Source: the human T2T-CHM13v2.0 reference genome, Homo sapiens. Taken from it: a stretch of DNA of 64,000 bases. The position numbers and the translations under genes are program-made. Location of the stretch: NCBI RefSeq assembly GCF_009914755.1, contig NC_060930.1. One strand, written 5' to 3'. Shown piece after piece: positions 59,856 through 64,000 of the stretch; the first letter of the stretch is position 1; each line of letters begins with the position of its first letter. Under the pieces are notes generated by a model. That model made no database searches. It saw only the letters and a program-made list of their open reading frames with translations, and was not told where the DNA came from.

Positions 59856-62024
59856 TAAAGTGAAATTTTTTTTTGCTGTTGACACTTTCTAAATCTCATC
59901 TTTTTGCGTTCTATTAATACTTGAAACACTTGAAAAGCAATTAGGCTATTTTGTTAGTATAAACTAAACCTGACTTCAGTATAATTCTCTGAGAATTACA
60001 GATGAAACATATTTTAAAGCAGGAAATATCTTCGGACTCAGATTAAATTTTATTTGACAAATTAGTACCAATTATTTTTAGTTGTATTCTGAGTCTTTAT
60101 AAATGGTCCATCAGGACCAAACTCAGCCATTCATAATTAAGACATGCTGTTCCCTTTGCCTAGAATATCCTCTGGACCATTAGGATCCAGCTTACACATC
60201 ATCACCTGCCTAGCCTTTGTTAGCTTCCAGAGTTTCACCTTCCTCTGTGAAGCCCTTCAATACGGCATTTAGCATTTTGTTGTGATGTTTATATGTGTTG
60301 TATTTGCTTATATGTTTATGTCATTTTGAATTGTGAGTTTTTCGACTTTCAGATGGGTTCATTTCACTAGACTTAAAATGCTTTGTAGTAGATGCTTAAC
60401 ACATGTATGAGTAAATGAATAATTTTGAATTATGCAGATTATTCACTTATATACTTAGCTGCATATATTCTGTTGTCTGTAAAAATGAATTTACCCAGAA
60501 ACAATTTCTGACTTTAACATGTATATTCCCAAATTACCAATACGGATTTAATTGGATATACACGTATCATCAGCCATTTAAAATACACCCTATATAGGCT
60601 TATTATGTTTTAATTATTTAGAATGCCAGTAGATGGGCTTCCTATGTTTTATTAAATTTAGAATGCCAAATATAGGAAAGCATTTAAGTAAAATTTTAGT
60701 GTAAGAAACAGGAATTTGTTTAAATTAGACAATTTGTTTAATTAACAAAGATACTAAATTGGCTCCTAATTTTCCCCCTTAATTAGATCTGATTATCTGT
60801 TAGCCACATTACTAGGTATCCCAGAATATTCTTAGATTAGTTTTTTTAAGACTTTATTTTGTAATAATTTTATATTTATAGAAAAGTTGCAAAGGGTGTG
60901 TAGTGTTTGTATATACTCTTATCTAGTTTCCCTGATTATTAACATCTGACATAAAGCTAGTGCCTTTATCAGAACAGAGATTATTATTATTGGTGTATTA
61001 CCAATGATAATGGTAAATTACAGACTTTATTCTGATTTTACCGGTTTTTTTTTGCTACTGTCCCTTTTCTGTTCCATGATCTAATCCAGGGTACCACATT
61101 GTGTTTAATAGATTAGTGTATCCATTACAAGTGAGTAAATATTTCTACATTTGGCTAATTTGTTTGCCTGTTTAGCATTAGAGCTATTTTATTTTTGAGA
61201 CTGATCACTTTGTATCTGAAACTGATTTTTAAAAATGAATTATACCTCCAGTAAATGTTACTTTCAAGGGAGTTCTTTTGGATGGCTACATGCTGTTCAT
61301 TTTTGGCATTTTCTCTTTGGAATTATCTCCAGAGCCAGTTGGAACCACGTAAGAAAAATTATTCTGACTCATTTATAACAATTTTCCTTAAAACGTGTCC
61401 CATGAAACACTAGGATTGTGATTTGTCCTGTGGAAATTGTCTTCTTTGGACTCACAAATGTGATACGCTTTATTACTATGTTCTTAGAAGATTCCCATTT
61501 TCATTAGCTTACTAAACATGTCTCACACAATGGTAGCTGCTTAGTAAACATTTGATGAATAAATAAACGGTATTGTTAAAGAAACATAACTTCAGTCTAT
61601 CTCCACTTGTGACTGTGGAAACCTTTTTCCGGATAATGCCTGTTTAAATCTGGGGAAGCATACTTCATAAGTCATAATAGTTTTGACTTAAAAACAGTAC
61701 TGGAAAACTTGACCCATTTTATTTACAATATGCTTTATTTAAAAAAAATCGATCTTCAAGAAATATATTACAGGCTCTGAAGCCACTTTCAGTAAAGGAG
61801 TTTTAGGATGGTTTCACTAATAGCAGTATTATTGAAAACAAAAAAAATTGCTCCTTTAGATGACTAGTTAGAATGGCCTGGTCTTCAGTATAGCTATGGG
61901 ATCTTGAGCTTTGTGACCATAACTTCTGAATGTTGTGAATGTTCCCATCACTTGAAAGCTCACAGCATATAGTTGGTACAACAGGAAGACCTCATAGGAA
62001 GTTTGCAGAATTTGCTGGCCTCAT

Positions 62025-62038
62025 GTTGCTATGGTAAC
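62025..62038. promoter_or_regulatory. RFX X-box-like motif
   Basis: GTTGCTATGGTAAC in non-repeat intronic DNA. Confidence 0.5.
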
Positions 62039-62815
62039 AAGTGCATTTACTTTTTCAGTAGATTCAGTATACCGTTTTTTGAAGGAAGGTTAGCCATTTG
62101 TTTCTAGGGCTGAAACTGCCTTTTTTCTTTTTGATTGATCTGAGAAAAAAGATTACTAATTGGGATGCAACTCTCTGAAGAGGAGGTGGCTTTGGTTTGC
62201 TGTATTGGATTCCAGTATGTTCAGATAAATGAATTCATTGGTAGTTCTACTTAATTTTGTAAACATTTAGTGAATATTTTCATAAATTATTTTTAATTAC
62301 CAGAATTTAATATACTAAATTTTTTTTTGGAACCTAAAAACATATTGGGCGTAAGTATTGGTGTTGTATGATAATCGAGACTTTCTTTGGCACTGAGATG
62401 ATATAGTGGTAGGGAATTCTTAAAGGAACTTGTCCTGAGTTTTCTTCAGCATTGCTAGCTACAATTTTCTGTCAGTTGAGAGAATGCATGTAAAATAAGC
62501 AGCAAATCTGTAAAGTAGTTAGCATTTTCTTTCAGTGCTTTATTAACATTTCAGTGTAAATAAATGGAAAAAAAATGAGAAGAGATACTGAAACTTCTAT
62601 TTAGAAGGACATTAACTTTTGTGAGAGAGGAATTTGCTTTTTTTTTAAAAAAAATTGAGGTATAATAAATGCATTCATTAAAAATGAACAGATTCGTGAA
62701 ACCATTATCACAACCAAGATTTAGGACATTTCCGTCATCTCTCAGGTATGCACCTGCCCTTTTGCAGTTCATCCTTTCCCTATTCGTGGCCCCAGGCAGT
62801 CACTAATTTGTTGGA

Positions 62816-63107
62816 TTTTTTTTTTTTTTTTTGGGCACAGGTTCTGGCTCTTTTGCCAGGCTGGAGTGCAGTGGGTTGATTTCGCTGCAACCTCCACTTC
62901 CCGGGCTTAAGTGATCCTCCCAACTCAGCCGCCCGAGTGACTGGGTCTACAGGCACACGTCACCACACCTGGCTAATTTTTGTATTTTTTTTTTGTAGAG
63001 ACGGGGTTTCGCCTTGTTGCCTAGGCTGGTCTCCAACTCCTGGGCTCTAGTGATCTGCCCACTTCCCGAAGTGCTAGGAATACAGGCATGAGCCACTGGG
63101 CCTGGCA
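62816..63107 (-). mobile_element. AluJ
   Basis: Alu consensus. Confidence 0.9.
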
Positions 63108-64000
63108 GGAAAATTGTTTTTAAAGAGCCCTTAATGAGTCAGATCATCCCAGCCCTTAGCTCAGTGTGAAAGGGTAACACTTATTAATGGGTATGGGCTG
63201 TGGAGCTTGAAACCCAGGCTAGAATTTTGGCTCTGTTTTGTGACTTTGGGGAAGACATTTAAATTATTCAAGTGCATTTTTTTAAATAATGCGAGGATGT
63301 TAATAGACCCTGTTTATTATTGGGGCTTAAATTATATAAATGTTGGTTAAATGTTTTGTACAGTATGACATATATAACTAGTGAATGTTAGCATGTATCT
63401 GAAATTCTTCCCTCATTTTTATAGGGGGAGAGAATTCAAGACTAGTTTGAGGAAATTTTGTTAAATTTGGAGCTAATCTCAAAAATCTTGGAATTAAGGA
63501 GCCCAGGATGTTATAGGTTAATCACTGGGACTTTTTGTTAAATTAATATTAACTTTTTTCGGTTGACTTTCCACCCCCTAAAATATGTTGATTCAGTTTT
63601 CTCTCAAACTGGTTTAACTTAATTGTTTTAACTTTTCATAATTGAGGCTCCTGTAGAGCTTTGAAATGACTTTGCTGAGCAATGTAGGTACAATTCAAAT
63701 GGGAGACTAACTTGATACTTGTATAGACCACACATAACTAAAATAAATCTAAATACATGATGTAGATTGTCTTTGTGTCATTTATCTTGTTTTTATCCTA
63801 TAAGGGGGCCTTGAAAAAAGGTGTGTTTGTGCACATCTTTGTGTGTGTGTGTAGTCTTTTAAGTTTTGATTTGTTGGGTTAATAGTTTCTTTTTCATTTT
63901 CCACCTCTTCCCCCACAATAAAAGCCCTTTGTCTATATATATATTACCTTTCTTTAAATAATTTTAATACTTTGTAAATAAAACAAGCCTACTTTATGGT

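Overview
Primate, most likely human, genomic DNA rich in Alu, L1 and LTR repeats. Bases 1-~1530 are the end of a long AT-rich 3' UTR. A CpG island with a non-coding first exon (donor at 54082) starts a + strand gene whose intron 1 fills the rest of the window. From recalled gene order and spacing (not a database check) this is the 6q12 interval PTP4A1 (3' end) - RPL9 pseudogene - PHF3 (promoter, exon 1). The window has no intact protein-coding exon. It holds an RPL9 processed pseudogene, an RPS7 fragment, about 40 Alus, and L1, LTR, MIR and MER elements. Main observation 1: the non-repeat islands between the two genes read on the minus strand as splice-site-bounded, mostly open frames, and one frame is restored by excising an Alu insert at its flanking direct repeat. 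This suggests an unrecognised multi-exon unitary pseudogene head-to-head with PHF3. Main observation 2: two independent insertions (6929-7544 and 39870-40319) are each stitched from two nearby templates with microhomology junctions. Repeat subfamily names are by eye and their boundaries are approximate.
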